A DNA stretch of 64,000 bases from a virus: the IMG/VR virus record IMGVR_UViG_3300035698_007281, positions 1-64,000 of that record; one strand, 5' to 3'. Below, one piece after another: positions 27,672 to 37,286 of this stretch; position 1 is the stretch's first letter; each line of letters begins with the position of its first letter. Position numbers and translations under genes: made by a program. Below the pieces are notes generated by a model. It made no database searches. It worked only from the letters and a program-made list of their open reading frames with translations, and was not told where the DNA came from.

Positions 27672-28604
27672 TTACAAGAAACTCCTTGTCTCGAAGTAGT
27701 GGTTGACGGCCATGACGACCTCGCCGGTCTCGGCGTCCCAACCCCACTCGTATACCTTGTGGGGAGTGGCGAACCAGTTGGTCTCCGCGTATCGCATGAC
27801 ATTTTTTTCACCTCCCCAGACAAGGTGTGGACACCCGCACTGGGAGGCGAGGTGGAGGGTCCCCGTGGATCCGCCGATGGCCAGGACGTTCTCGCAGGAG
27901 AACAAGTGGATCAGATCGTCCACGGTCGTTTTGCCGAGGCGGTTGTCACATCCGTCGGGGATGGCCTCATCCCAGGACTTACGGGTCTGGCCCACGAAGA
28001 TGACGTTGTGACCGGCTTTAATCAGGGCCTCGGCCAGTTCGATCCAGTCCTCCTGGTCCCAGTTCCGGAAGTCCGACAGGGCGCGGTCACGAATACAGAG
28101 GACGGCGGTCGGCTTCTCATCGGCCGGGGCCGTCGAAGGAACCCGGAGGAGGCCGGGCATCCCTGCGCCGTAGTGGGGATCGTTGAGGGGTTGAAGGCGG
28201 GCCAAGGTGAATACGTCGGCGTTGTCCTTGGTCTCCTCACGGATGTCGGCGACCATTTGCTGGGTCCACGTATTCAACTCTTCCATGTGGTCCTTGAAGT
28301 CCCGCCAGCCGAGACACTCGGACTCATGGTTCCCCAGGCCATCACATTGGCGAACCTCGTTGGCGAAGGGGTAGAGGAGGTTTTTCCCCTCGGCCCCGTT
28401 TTGGGTGTAGATGATGACCTTGTCGTAGGGCTTCCGGAGGGACAGGGCGCGGATGATCGGCCCCCAGGTCAGGATCTCCCAACCGAACTCGCCGATGTAG
28501 GGACCGGCCACAAGGGTCCGATCTTCCATAAGCGGCCTCTCATCCTCGGGAACCGAAGGTGGGTTGGTTGGCGGCGGTGGTGCTGGTGTTTGTTTCTCGG
28601 TCAC
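27672..28604 (-). CDS. GT-B glycosyltransferase (GT9 heptosyltransferase-like)
   Basis: GPYIGEFGWE, RNW...W..L, IGGSTGTLHLA..CGCP. Confidence 0.75.
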   Translation of the reverse strand: MTEKQTPAPPPPTNPPSVPEDERPLMEDRTLVAGPYIGEFGWEILTWGPIIRALSLRKPYDKVIIYTQNGAEGKNLLYPFANEVRQCDGLGNHESECLGWRDFKDHMEELNTWTQQMVADIREETKDNADVFTLARLQPLNDPHYGAGMPGLLRVPSTAPADEKPTAVLCIRDRALSDFRNWDQEDWIELAEALIKAGHNVIFVGQTRKSWDEAIPDGCDNRLGKTTVDDLIHLFSCENVLAIGGSTGTLHLASQCGCPHLVWGGEKNVMRYAETNWFATPHKVYEWGWDAETGEVVMAVNHYFETRSFL

Positions 28605-29215
28605 GTCTTGATCTCCTTGACGGTTGAGACCCCGTCTTCCTGGGTCACTTCATAGGCCCGTTCGGCCTGTTCAATTATAGCCATCGAGTGGGACACTAGG
28701 ACGATTTGAATCCCTAAAGATTTCGCCAGGGCCACGAGCATCTGGCCGAAGCGTACCTGAAGATCCTTCGACAGGAACTTGGCGGGTTCGTCCAGGACGA
28801 ATACCGGTTCCGGGCGCGGGTCGGTCAGCGCCCACAGGGCGAAGCGGAGGGCCAGGGAGCATATGTCCAGGACGCCTCCTCCGAGTTCATCACGGGGTGA
28901 ATACCGGGAGTCCCCTTTGGTGACCCAGGGGGTGGCGGAACTTGCCCCTCTTGAGATGGCATATTCCAACTCGAACCCGTACTCCTCCCCGTACACGTCG
29001 GCGAGGGCTTGCCCGACCACACCTTCGATGAAGGTTTTCGCTTGCCCTTGGGTGGCCATGAGGACCTCGTTGGTCACCTGGATTGAGTCGGCCAGGGTGG
29101 CTTCGGCCTCGGTGAGGCGTTCGATTTTCAACGAGGTTCGGTCGGCCCAGGCTTGGTTGGCCTGAACGGCCACTGTCAACTGGGCGAGGGCTTCCTTGTG
29201 GTCTTCGAGGTTCAT
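28601..29215 (-). CDS. SbcC/Rad50 C-terminal half (ABC signature and Walker B)
   Basis: LGGG...SLALR, FVLDEP.K.L, Q..LVSH. Confidence 0.85.
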   Translation of the reverse strand: MNLEDHKEALAQLTVAVQANQAWADRTSLKIERLTEAEATLADSIQVTNEVLMATQGQAKTFIEGVVGQALADVYGEEYGFELEYAISRGASSATPWVTKGDSRYSPRDELGGGVLDICSLALRFALWALTDPRPEPVFVLDEPAKFLSKDLQVRFGQMLVALAKSLGIQIVLVSHSMAIIEQAERAYEVTQEDGVSTVKEIKT

Positions 29216-29463
29216 TTGAGGCCCTTCAACATTTCCCCCAACTTGTCCATCAGGTCGTTGAGTTTGTCTTTCTGGTCTTCCAGTTGGTCCTCCAGTTCGT
29301 CGATCCGTTTCTCCCCGGTGGCGACCGTGTCGATTCGGAACTCCTCTTTGAGTCTGGCCATGAGGGTCCGGCGGGATCCTTCCAGTTCGGCCTTGCGCCG
29401 GGTAGCGTCGGCCACGGCCTCCTTGGCGGTCTGGATATTCCTGAGGGCTTGGTCCGGTGTCAT
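29212..29463 (-). CDS. Small coiled-coil protein
   Basis: 83 aa with heptad pattern; ATGA-coupled on both sides. Confidence 0.7.
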   Translation of the reverse strand: MTPDQALRNIQTAKEAVADATRRKAELEGSRRTLMARLKEEFRIDTVATGEKRIDELEDQLEDQKDKLNDLMDKLGEMLKGLK

Positions 29464-30383
29464 GCGCTCACCTCTTCCATGGCGGTCCGGATCGTGTCGC
29501 GGACTCGGGTTGGGGTTTCATGTGTTGAATAATACGTCTCCAAGTTTTGTGTGAAGTCGATTCCCGATTCCCCTCGGGCCTTGAGGAGATCCGCCAGGGC
29601 CTCGAAGTCGAAGTCTGTCTCGCGTTTCTCCACTCCCTTGGCGGTCAGGTCAAACACCTCCTCGGACGGTGGGAACCCCAGAGAAACGTCTTCGGGTTCA
29701 TTGGCCTCAGTGTCGAAGATGACGACCTTCGGGTCGTGGGCCAGTTCCCGGTCGGCGGTGGTTTTGCGGATCAGGGTTCCGGGGTTGATCACCCATTGGG
29801 ATCCGACCTTCGCGGTGAATGGATAGTGATAGTCCCCCAGGCAGTACAGGTCAAACTGGGGATGTTTCTTGACGAACTCCCTGGGGCCGGTCAGGCCTTG
29901 CCCTGGGTACAGTTCCCGGTTGCCCACCATGACGTGGGCCACGAGGACCAGGAGGCGATCCTTCGGAGGGCGGCGGACCTTCGGGATCTCTTGGCCGAAG
30001 TCGGCTCCGTAGAGAACACAGTCCCCAAACCCCTCTCCCTTGTGGTTGATGATTTTGACGGCCCCGGCGGCCTCCATGATTCGGAGGGCGGATTTACGAC
30101 GGGAGGCTTCGGTATGGTAGGCGAGGTCGTGTTGGCCATGGATGGCGTACACGGGAGGGTGAACCTTTCGGAGTTCCCTGATCATCTCCACCACGAGTTC
30201 CCCGGAAGGGTTCGGAGAGTCAAACCAATCACCCACCTGGATCAGGGCGTCACAGTTGGCCCGGTCGGCGGCGGCCAGGGCGGCCCGGAGTTTCGCCATC
30301 GAAACTTCCAGGAAGTCCTCCTCGACCCGGTGGCGGGGAGGGCGGACTCTAAAGTGAGTATCTCCGAGGATACACAGTTTCAT
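29460..30383 (-). CDS. SbcD/Mre11-like metallophosphoesterase nuclease
   Basis: GDTH, GDWFD, GQHD, AH, GDYH, NPG. Confidence 0.88.
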   Translation of the reverse strand: MKLCILGDTHFRVRPPRHRVEEDFLEVSMAKLRAALAAADRANCDALIQVGDWFDSPNPSGELVVEMIRELRKVHPPVYAIHGQHDLAYHTEASRRKSALRIMEAAGAVKIINHKGEGFGDCVLYGADFGQEIPKVRRPPKDRLLVLVAHVMVGNRELYPGQGLTGPREFVKKHPQFDLYCLGDYHYPFTAKVGSQWVINPGTLIRKTTADRELAHDPKVVIFDTEANEPEDVSLGFPPSEEVFDLTAKGVEKRETDFDFEALADLLKARGESGIDFTQNLETYYSTHETPTRVRDTIRTAMEEVSA

Positions 30384-30498
30384 CTGTTAGGTTCCTTGTA
30401 ATAGTAGGTCCGGGCGCTCGTGCCTCATCTAAGGCCGATCACGGACAGCGAGGCGGAAAGAAGACCAAAACACCTCCCGGCACGCCCGGACCAAACCT

Positions 30499-31557
30499 TC
30501 ATTCGTCAGTCAGGAGGTGGCCACACACGGGACAGACTCGGATCTCCGCTCGTAATTCAGTATAGCGTTCTGTCGCTCGATGGAGTTTGTTTTCCATCTC
30601 GGCCAACGTCTTTTCGATCTCGTCGAGATCCAACACGGTATCCCTCAGGTCAGACAGTTCCCGGAGGATGTGGTCGCACTTGGCGGCGTTGGTTCGGATG
30701 TGGCCTTCCATGGCGGTGAGGTCTGGCATCTCTGGGATGTCATCCAGGTCGGCTTGGTTCCCGGCTAGGCCGGTTAGGACGAACCTCAGAGTCCCTGTAA
30801 GGCGTCTTGTTGCTTCAACGTCTCTCTGGGCCTCTTCGGCCTTGGAGATCATCTCGGCGGCGTTTGGAGGTATTCCCAGGCCCTTCAGATCCTGATTGGC
30901 CCGGTCGATGTTGTCGAGAAGAGTCCCCAGGGCCAGGAACTCCTGGCGGGCGCTCTTGTGGGCCGTTTTGAGGGTCTCAGCGGTCTTGACGGCCTGTCGG
31001 TAGGCTTCGACGCCTTCGAGGGCCTGGAGGGCCTCCTGGGCCTCCAGAGACTCCCCCTGGGTGGCTTTCAGGTCGGTCCGCGTGGTCCGGAGGTTGGAGG
31101 CGAGGCGATTGGCGACAGCGCGGGCCTTTTCCAGATGGAGCGCATCGTTGATCGTGTTGGCGATCTGAGAGGGTGGGGCCAGGACCAGGAAGTGGGGGTC
31201 CAGTTGATGCGCGAGGTTCAGATCTCCCAGGGGTAGGGCGGCCTGTACCGGTGTCGGCACGTCGGCCCCCATGGCCTCCAAGATCTCGGTGTTCAAGGTG
31301 TACCGGTTCTTGGTCTTCGTCCTGGATCTCTCGATCACGTCCCCGTCGGTGGTTTCGACCGTGACAGTGGCTTCCTTCTCTCCGGTCCGGATCATTCCGG
31401 TCCCACGCGGTCGGTTCTCGGTGATCCACCGAAGGCCCCGGAGGATAGCGGTCTTCCCGACATTCGATGAACCGACCAGGACGGTGACCCCAGGGCCGAG
31501 ATCCACCTCGGAGGAGTCGTGGGACTGGAAGTTGTCGAGGGTGATGGATTTGATCAT
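30499..31557 (-). CDS. SbcC/Rad50 N-terminal half (Walker A, coiled coil, Zn hook)
   Basis: NFQSH, GSSNVGKT, terminal CPVCG. Confidence 0.88.
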   Translation of the reverse strand: MIKSITLDNFQSHDSSEVDLGPGVTVLVGSSNVGKTAILRGLRWITENRPRGTGMIRTGEKEATVTVETTDGDVIERSRTKTKNRYTLNTEILEAMGADVPTPVQAALPLGDLNLAHQLDPHFLVLAPPSQIANTINDALHLEKARAVANRLASNLRTTRTDLKATQGESLEAQEALQALEGVEAYRQAVKTAETLKTAHKSARQEFLALGTLLDNIDRANQDLKGLGIPPNAAEMISKAEEAQRDVEATRRLTGTLRFVLTGLAGNQADLDDIPEMPDLTAMEGHIRTNAAKCDHILRELSDLRDTVLDLDEIEKTLAEMENKLHRATERYTELRAEIRVCPVCGHLLTDE

Positions 31558-32063
31558 CCTCGTGTCCTCCGAGAGTACTCGGCCAGGAGGAGGGCCTCGG
31601 CAATGTTGTCATCCTTGACCCGACACCGGGGTGTCCGTAGGAGGGAGATGTCCGGGAAGAGTTTCCCGGCGGCGAGGATTGACCGGGCCTTCTGATCGGT
31701 TCCGGGGATGTCGCGGAGGATCACCTTCTTCCACGTCCGGGGGTGGACGATGGCGTGGGAGATCTTGAGGGAGGCTAGGATGGCGACCCAGATCCCGTAC
31801 CCATACCCGATCTGAAAACAGGACGACCGTCCCTGGCCGGGCATGGCCTGTTGTTTCTCGACCACGGCCATGACCTCACAGGGTGCGTCGGCCATTCTCT
31901 GGATCATCTCCACCATGGCGGGGATGTCGTACTCGGGGCGGTTCTTGTCGGTGACCAGGGTGGGAGTCAGTTCCCAACTATAGAGGGATCCTCCCCGGCG
32001 TTGGTTGTCCCAGATTCGAGCGACTGCGCCCTTCTTGCCGGGGTCGATTCCGATGTGGATCAT
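31554..32063 (-). CDS. RuvC-like Holliday junction resolvase
   Basis: IGIDPG, VVE, F..G..YG, P..WK, D..AEALL.A. Confidence 0.85.
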   Translation of the reverse strand: MIHIGIDPGKKGAVARIWDNQRRGGSLYSWELTPTLVTDKNRPEYDIPAMVEMIQRMADAPCEVMAVVEKQQAMPGQGRSSCFQIGYGYGIWVAILASLKISHAIVHPRTWKKVILRDIPGTDQKARSILAAGKLFPDISLLRTPRCRVKDDNIAEALLLAEYSRRTRG

Positions 32064-32272
32064 GGATTAGTTCCTTTGTAGATTCCGAGGTTGAGGCGGT
32101 AGTCGATCCAATACTCATGATAGGTGAACGGGCTGGGTATCGGCCAGGGTTGCCCGAACTTGTCCTTCTCCCAGGTGGACGGTTTCTTTGTTGGGACACA
32201 AAAAACTGACGCCCCCTCGTTGACGTTGTACCATCTACCATCCGCCGGGCCGCCTCTCAATAAGATCCTCAT
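32060..32272 (-). CDS. Small hypothetical protein
   Basis: MRILLRGGPADG...; ATGA-coupled. Confidence 0.55.
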   Translation of the reverse strand: MRILLRGGPADGRWYNVNEGASVFCVPTKKPSTWEKDKFGQPWPIPSPFTYHEYWIDYRLNLGIYKGTNP

Positions 32273-32361
32273 GGGAAGGCGAACCACCCAACCACAAATG
32301 ATCCGATCATCAGTAGGAGTCCGATCACTAGAAGGGTGACGGTTGCGGTCTTCTGTTTCAT
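32269..32361 (-). CDS. 30-aa single-TM peptide (not in the ORF track)
   Basis: MKQKTATVTLLVIGLLLMIGSFVVGWFAFP; ATGA overlaps at both ends. Confidence 0.55.
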   Translation of the reverse strand: MKQKTATVTLLVIGLLLMIGSFVVGWFAFP

Positions 32362-33572
32362 CGTTGCCTCGGCTTTCGTTCCGGGGGTTCGTGGACCACG
32401 TTCCAGATCCGGACCACCTCCTGACGGACTTCCTCTTCGAGGCTGTTCTTCTCAATCCCGGCGATGGCGGCTCCCATTCCCTGGCCCAGGGCGAGATCTC
32501 CCCAGGAGAACCACGATCCGGCTTTGACGAACTTGGAGTCGTCAACGGCGTCATCGTTTTCCTTCAACCATTCGAGGTTGGACCGGACATCGTCCACACC
32601 GTAGTCGAACACAACGAAGAAAAATCCCTCGCGGTGAGGGGGCGCAATCTTGTTTTTGACCACAGAGAACTTGACCTTGATCCCGATCAACTTCTCGTGT
32701 TTGTTCTTGATGTCTCCGGTCTTGTCACGGGCCAGGAAGATCCGGGTGGAGGCGTACTGTTGCATAGCCTTCCCGCCGGAAGTCGTCCATTTTGGCCCGA
32801 AGATCACACCGACGTTGTCGCGGATGTGGTCCACGGCGACCACGGTCAGGTCGTGGGTGGCGATGGGCTTCAGCCATTTCCGGAACCCGGCCGACATCCG
32901 CTTGGCGCGGACCGTGTTGTAGGAGGCCCCCTCCAGGGCTTCGTCGGTCTCGTCACAGGACGGGAGCGCCGTAAATGTATCGACCGACATGACCACAGGC
33001 TGGGGCATCCTGGGGAGGCCCTTCTTCTTGCCCCACACACCGTCAATCAGATCCACGGCCCCGGAGATCTCGTCGTCGAATACTTCCTCGATAGAGGCGG
33101 GGTTCCGGTAGAGGTATCCCTCGGCGTATCTCTGGGCGTCCTTCATTGTCTTGTCGGGGCCGTCGAGTTGGACATCCTCCTTCACCCAGTCTCCCACGTC
33201 CAGGCCGAATAGTTCGGCGCGGTCGAAGTCCGGGGTGAATTCGGCGTCCTCCTCGATGGCGGTTCCACCGGCTCGTTGGGCGGATCCCATTATCTCCTTT
33301 GAGATCACGCTCTTGGCGGTGGAGTTGTTCCCGATGATCTGGGTGACCCGGCCGGACCCAACGCCTCCAGGGTAGCGGCCGGAGATGGCGAGGTCCAGGA
33401 TGGTCGATCCCGTCGAAAGGAAGAACCGGACCGGCGGAAGGTTCTCACGGACCAGATCTTCCGAAACCGAATCCACCTCACTCGGCGGTTGGGGGGGCCG
33501 TCTCTGTTTGGGTTTCTCGGCGTCGGCGGCGGCGTTTGCTTTCGTTAGGTCGCTCATTGTGTTGGTCTCCAT
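32358..33572 (-). CDS. recA: RecA/UvsX-like recombinase
   Basis: STGS..LDLAISG, variant Walker A GNNSTAKS, DAE, TTSGGKA..YAS.RI, VVKNK..PP. Confidence 0.85.
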   Translation of the reverse strand: METNTMSDLTKANAAADAEKPKQRRPPQPPSEVDSVSEDLVRENLPPVRFFLSTGSTILDLAISGRYPGGVGSGRVTQIIGNNSTAKSVISKEIMGSAQRAGGTAIEEDAEFTPDFDRAELFGLDVGDWVKEDVQLDGPDKTMKDAQRYAEGYLYRNPASIEEVFDDEISGAVDLIDGVWGKKKGLPRMPQPVVMSVDTFTALPSCDETDEALEGASYNTVRAKRMSAGFRKWLKPIATHDLTVVAVDHIRDNVGVIFGPKWTTSGGKAMQQYASTRIFLARDKTGDIKNKHEKLIGIKVKFSVVKNKIAPPHREGFFFVVFDYGVDDVRSNLEWLKENDDAVDDSKFVKAGSWFSWGDLALGQGMGAAIAGIEKNSLEEEVRQEVVRIWNVVHEPPERKPRQR

Positions 33573-34035
33573 CTTTCCTGTCCACGGTATCCTCGGCCCC
33601 AGTCATTTCCTTCTGGACCACTTCACCGAAGTAATTTCGCGTGTAGAGTTCGACTTCGAGTTTGAGCATACTCCGGCGATGCTCGTAAGAGTTGGCGACC
33701 ACGGCGGCCCGGTCAGCGTCCCGGTCGGCGTCGATGGACTTCTCGGCCGCCGTGCTGACCCGTTCGTCACAGGTTACCGCCGCGCCGACGGCCGCCTCGG
33801 TCGTCTTCTCCAGACCGAATTTCTCGGGGTTCCGCCTGACCTCGGTGGCCGTGGCGGCCCGGATCTCCTCCAAACGGATCTTGGCCCGTTTGGATCCGGC
33901 CTTGAGTTCGGCCGTGAGTTCCCCGGCTCTGGCGGCTAGGTCCGGTTGCCACTTGGCGTCCTCATGGAGACCAGTGGGATGGATCATCAACTTCTTCCGG
34001 AGGTCGGCGTATTCTTCTTGGGATTCCGTGTTCAT
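33478..34035 (-). CDS. Helical recombination accessory protein (UvsY-like)
   Basis: Between SSB and RecA; K.TE..V...V, EHRRSML. Confidence 0.5.
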   Translation of the reverse strand: MNTESQEEYADLRKKLMIHPTGLHEDAKWQPDLAARAGELTAELKAGSKRAKIRLEEIRAATATEVRRNPEKFGLEKTTEAAVGAAVTCDERVSTAAEKSIDADRDADRAAVVANSYEHRRSMLKLEVELYTRNYFGEVVQKEMTGAEDTVDRKDGDQHNERPNESKRRRRRRETQTETAPPTAE

Positions 34036-34319
34036 GGCATCATCGGCTTTTCGGCCGGTCCTTTTTTGCCCTCGGCGACGGAACCTTGGTCGAAGTCCGG
34101 GGTGGGCATCACGGGTTCTGCGTTGGTGATGCCAACCCGGCCGATGTCAAACCAACGACCATCCTCACACTTGCCGTTCTCACCCACCTGGGGTTGTAGT
34201 ACAACCTGGATGCAACCAAAGAGATCGAAGCTGATGGATGTCACCACACCAACGACTCCAGTCACTTTGTCCCGGCCCAACATGCCGAGAACCTTCAGGT
34301 GTTTTTTCATTGCTTTCAT
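34032..34319 (-). CDS. Hypothetical phage protein (SH3-like)
   Basis: DKVTG..GVVTS...DL.GC.Q....P...WFD. Confidence 0.6.
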   Translation of the reverse strand: MKAMKKHLKVLGMLGRDKVTGVVGVVTSISFDLFGCIQVVLQPQVGENGKCEDGRWFDIGRVGITNAEPVMPTPDFDQGSVAEGKKGPAEKPMMP

Positions 34320-34371
34320 GGGGTGTTCCTTTCCGAACGATGTTTGTACTTGGTGAACGGTTCAACGGAGG

Positions 34372-35760
34372 TTAGTACGGCATCTCCTCATCGTCGTCCT
34401 TGCCCTTGCCCCGGCCGTTGTCGTCCTTGGCCCGGCGTCCCGCCCGACGGCGGCGAATCTCGGCGACCTCGTCGTCCTCGTCGTCTTTGGTATCGTCCCG
34501 GCTCCGGCGGCGGGGTTCGTCGTCCTTCTTGGGATCGTCGTCCGAATCCCGGCGGCTCCGGCGTCTCGGCTCCTCGGCGGGAGGATCATCGTCGGGATCC
34601 CGACGGCTCCGGCGGCGGGGTTCTTCCTTGGGGTCATCGCCATCATCCCGGTCCCGTTTGGGATTGGTGTTATCAAAGTGGTCGCCCACCTCGTCCTTGA
34701 CACCCTCCCGGCGGCGGGGTTCCTCGGCCGGAGGATCATCGTCGTCCCGGCTTCGGGACCGGCTCCGGCGGCGTGTGTCGTCGCCCTCGTCGGCCTCGTC
34801 CCGGCCCCGGCGGCTGGACCGGCTACGGCGGCGGGGTTCTTCCTCGTCGTCTCGGTTCCGGCGGCGTGTGTCGTCGCCCTCGTCGTCATCGTCGGCCTCG
34901 GTCATCGTACCCATCGCGGCCCTGATGGTGTCGTAGTCCTCGAACTGGAGGACATCGTAGTAATGAGGGACGGCGTCCATCCACTCATCCGGGACCGGGT
35001 CTCTGTCGGTCAGCCCGTAGCCGGAGTACTCGATCTCGTGCCACTCCTTCCCCTCCCGCTCGAACTCGAAGATATACCCATCATCGGGGTCCAGAGGATC
35101 TTTGCCCTTGCGGTCACCCGAAGGTTTGATGAACTTCACCAGACCCTTGTCGTGGATCGTGGGGGCCATCAGGAAGACTTTGACGCCCTCGTCCTCGGTG
35201 TCCCTGTCGGTGGCGTCAACGACCCAGGTCAGGAACTTGACGGGTCCCGGTTCGTTCCATTTGCCGGAGGAAGCGCGGTACTTGCGCAACTCCTGCCACA
35301 TCTGGTTCCGGACCTTCTCCCCCACCTTGTCCTTCTTCTTCTTGTAGACCGACAGGAGTTTCTCGTGGTGTTCGCACATCGGACACCGGCCGTCCTCGAT
35401 CTTCGGCGGAATGGGGAGTTGCTGCTTGGCCAGATACGCCCGCATCTCCTTCGGGCATAGGAAGGCGTCTCCGTTGCCTCCCACATCACGGTGGCCGTAG
35501 AGGCCCAGGCCGACGAGGTTGGGATCATCGGGATGCGGTTCCAGGACGTGGATGGAATGGAGTTTGGCGGCCCCGTCCTTCCCGGATGCGGTTTGGTACA
35601 TTGTGATCCCGGCCTTGGTCAACTCGGCTTCCGATTTCAGGAAACCGGCGCGGTCGTCGAACGTCCCTTTGTCGTCTCGGTTCCGTGTGACATTCTCGGC
35701 GCGTTCTCCTGCGCCTCGGCCTCGGCTTCGTCTGCTGTTTCGGTCTAGTGCCATCTTCAT
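34372..35760 (-). CDS. Single-stranded DNA-binding protein (gp32-like) with a long charged repeat tail
   Basis: H...LCP...CP.C, DP.DG..F...R.G.....Y; tail of EEPRRR/DD repeats ending EEMPY. Confidence 0.7.
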   Translation of the reverse strand: MKMALDRNSRRSRGRGAGERAENVTRNRDDKGTFDDRAGFLKSEAELTKAGITMYQTASGKDGAAKLHSIHVLEPHPDDPNLVGLGLYGHRDVGGNGDAFLCPKEMRAYLAKQQLPIPPKIEDGRCPMCEHHEKLLSVYKKKKDKVGEKVRNQMWQELRKYRASSGKWNEPGPVKFLTWVVDATDRDTEDEGVKVFLMAPTIHDKGLVKFIKPSGDRKGKDPLDPDDGYIFEFEREGKEWHEIEYSGYGLTDRDPVPDEWMDAVPHYYDVLQFEDYDTIRAAMGTMTEADDDDEGDDTRRRNRDDEEEPRRRSRSSRRGRDEADEGDDTRRRSRSRSRDDDDPPAEEPRRREGVKDEVGDHFDNTNPKRDRDDGDDPKEEPRRRSRRDPDDDPPAEEPRRRSRRDSDDDPKKDDEPRRRSRDDTKDDEDDEVAEIRRRRAGRRAKDDNGRGKGKDDDEEMPY

Positions 35761-35788
35761 CTGCTCCTTGGTTTGGGTTCCGTGTTGG

Positions 35789-36721
35789 TTAGCGGTTGTA
35801 CGCGGTGAACATCATCGCCAGGAGTTTCGGTTCCCCGGCGTCATACGTGTTTTCCGACAGATCCAAGATCATGTCGGCGAACTTCCCGCCCTCGGCGTCC
35901 GACTTGGATCTCTTCAGGCATCCGGCGAAGTATCCCATGAGGCATCTCCGGACCCGTTCCGGATCGTGGTCTTCTAACGCATTATAGATCTTCACAAGAC
36001 CATTCCACGATTTTGTTCGTTCAACCATCTTCCGGCACAACTCAATCATCTCCGAAGCGCCGTTGAGATGCCTTTTGACGATGTTGAGGGCGTCCAATGG
36101 TTCCATCCCGATGGTCTGTTCCAGGAGGACCAACGCTTGGCGTGGGCATCCCTCACAGGCCCGGACGATAGCGGCGATCACATCATCCCCAGGGTCAGGG
36201 ATCCTATCGGAGTCCTGGACCAGTACATCGTCGATCAGGTCGAAGAGATCGTCCTTCTTCAGGGGTGCGACTTCAACTAATTCGGCCCGGCCTCGGATGG
36301 TGGGTTTGAGTTTCTTGGGTTCGGTCGAACACAGGAAATAGTAACAGTGGGGCGGGATGTCCTCCAGGGTCTTCAGGAGACAGTTCTGCGCCTCGCTTGT
36401 CAACATGTGCGCCTCGTCCAAGAGGACCACCCGGTTCCCTCCTCCGAGGGGAGTGTGTCGGGCGAACTTGTCCAACTCTCTGGCGGTGGCCACTCCACGT
36501 TCATTGGCGGCGTTGATCTCGATGATGTTGGACGGGTCGTTGGTTAGAGACAGTCCCATGATACGGGCGAGGGTGGTCTTCCCACATCCGGAGGCCCCGT
36601 AGAAGAGGTAGACGTGGGCGCGGTTGTCTGGGTTGTCCAGGGCGCGTTGGAGTTGGGCCTTGGCGGCCTTGTTCCCGAAGACCTTGTTGAGAGTGGTGGG
36701 CCTCACATCCTGATAGAGCAT
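35789..36721 (-). CDS. dnaX: Clamp loader, DNA Pol III gamma/tau-like AAA+ ATPase
   Basis: LYQ..RP, GASGCGKTT, EINAA, LDEAH.L...AQN.LLK.LE. Confidence 0.88.
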   Translation of the reverse strand: MLYQDVRPTTLNKVFGNKAAKAQLQRALDNPDNRAHVYLFYGASGCGKTTLARIMGLSLTNDPSNIIEINAANERGVATARELDKFARHTPLGGGNRVVLLDEAHMLTSEAQNCLLKTLEDIPPHCYYFLCSTEPKKLKPTIRGRAELVEVAPLKKDDLFDLIDDVLVQDSDRIPDPGDDVIAAIVRACEGCPRQALVLLEQTIGMEPLDALNIVKRHLNGASEMIELCRKMVERTKSWNGLVKIYNALEDHDPERVRRCLMGYFAGCLKRSKSDAEGGKFADMILDLSENTYDAGEPKLLAMMFTAYNR

Positions 36722-36737
36722 AGAGTATTTTTCCTTT

Positions 36738-37286
36738 TTAGAAGTCGTCGTCGTAGTCAGGCTGGACGACTTCGCCTTCCAGTATATCCCCACCGCTGGG
36801 GGTAGCCACTGTTTTTCCTGGAAGGCCTGGGAGACCCCCGGATCCATCTGGCGCGGGCATCACAGGGAAGACCACCTGGACCTGACCACTACCTCCCCCG
36901 GAGTCCTGTTGGGCCTGGGCCAATTGCGCCTCGATTTCCTTCAACCGGATCTCCTTCTCGTCGGGGGACATCTCGTCGGGGATCAGTTTTTTGAAGACCG
37001 GGTTGAAGATGTAGCGGAGGTACATGTCGAGGCGCTCGTTGTTTGGTTCCCTCAGGAGGGCGGCCAGACCGGCGGCGAAGTCGGCCCCACCTTCATCGGC
37101 CTGGAGGGCGATGGCCCTGACGATCTCGGCGGCGTAGGCCTTCCGAGAACCCTCTCGGGCATTGGTGGGAGGCCCCTTCTCGGACCCCGGCCGATGGTCC
37201 GGGAACTCCCTGTAATGCACACCCAGGGTGGCCGGACCATTGGCCAAGAATCCACACTCCAGACAGTTGAAGTTTCGCTTCTTCAT
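36738..37286 (-). CDS. Hypothetical protein with an N-terminal C2H2-like Zn finger
   Basis: CLECG...L.VH....H. Confidence 0.6.
   Translation of the reverse strand: MKKRNFNCLECGFLANGPATLGVHYREFPDHRPGSEKGPPTNAREGSRKAYAAEIVRAIALQADEGGADFAAGLAALLREPNNERLDMYLRYIFNPVFKKLIPDEMSPDEKEIRLKEIEAQLAQAQQDSGGGSGQVQVVFPVMPAPDGSGGLPGLPGKTVATPSGGDILEGEVVQPDYDDDF

Noticed and set aside
36738-37286. Terminase small subunit
   Set aside because: Only a vague C-terminal resemblance, opposite strand and far from terL; unsupported without a profile search
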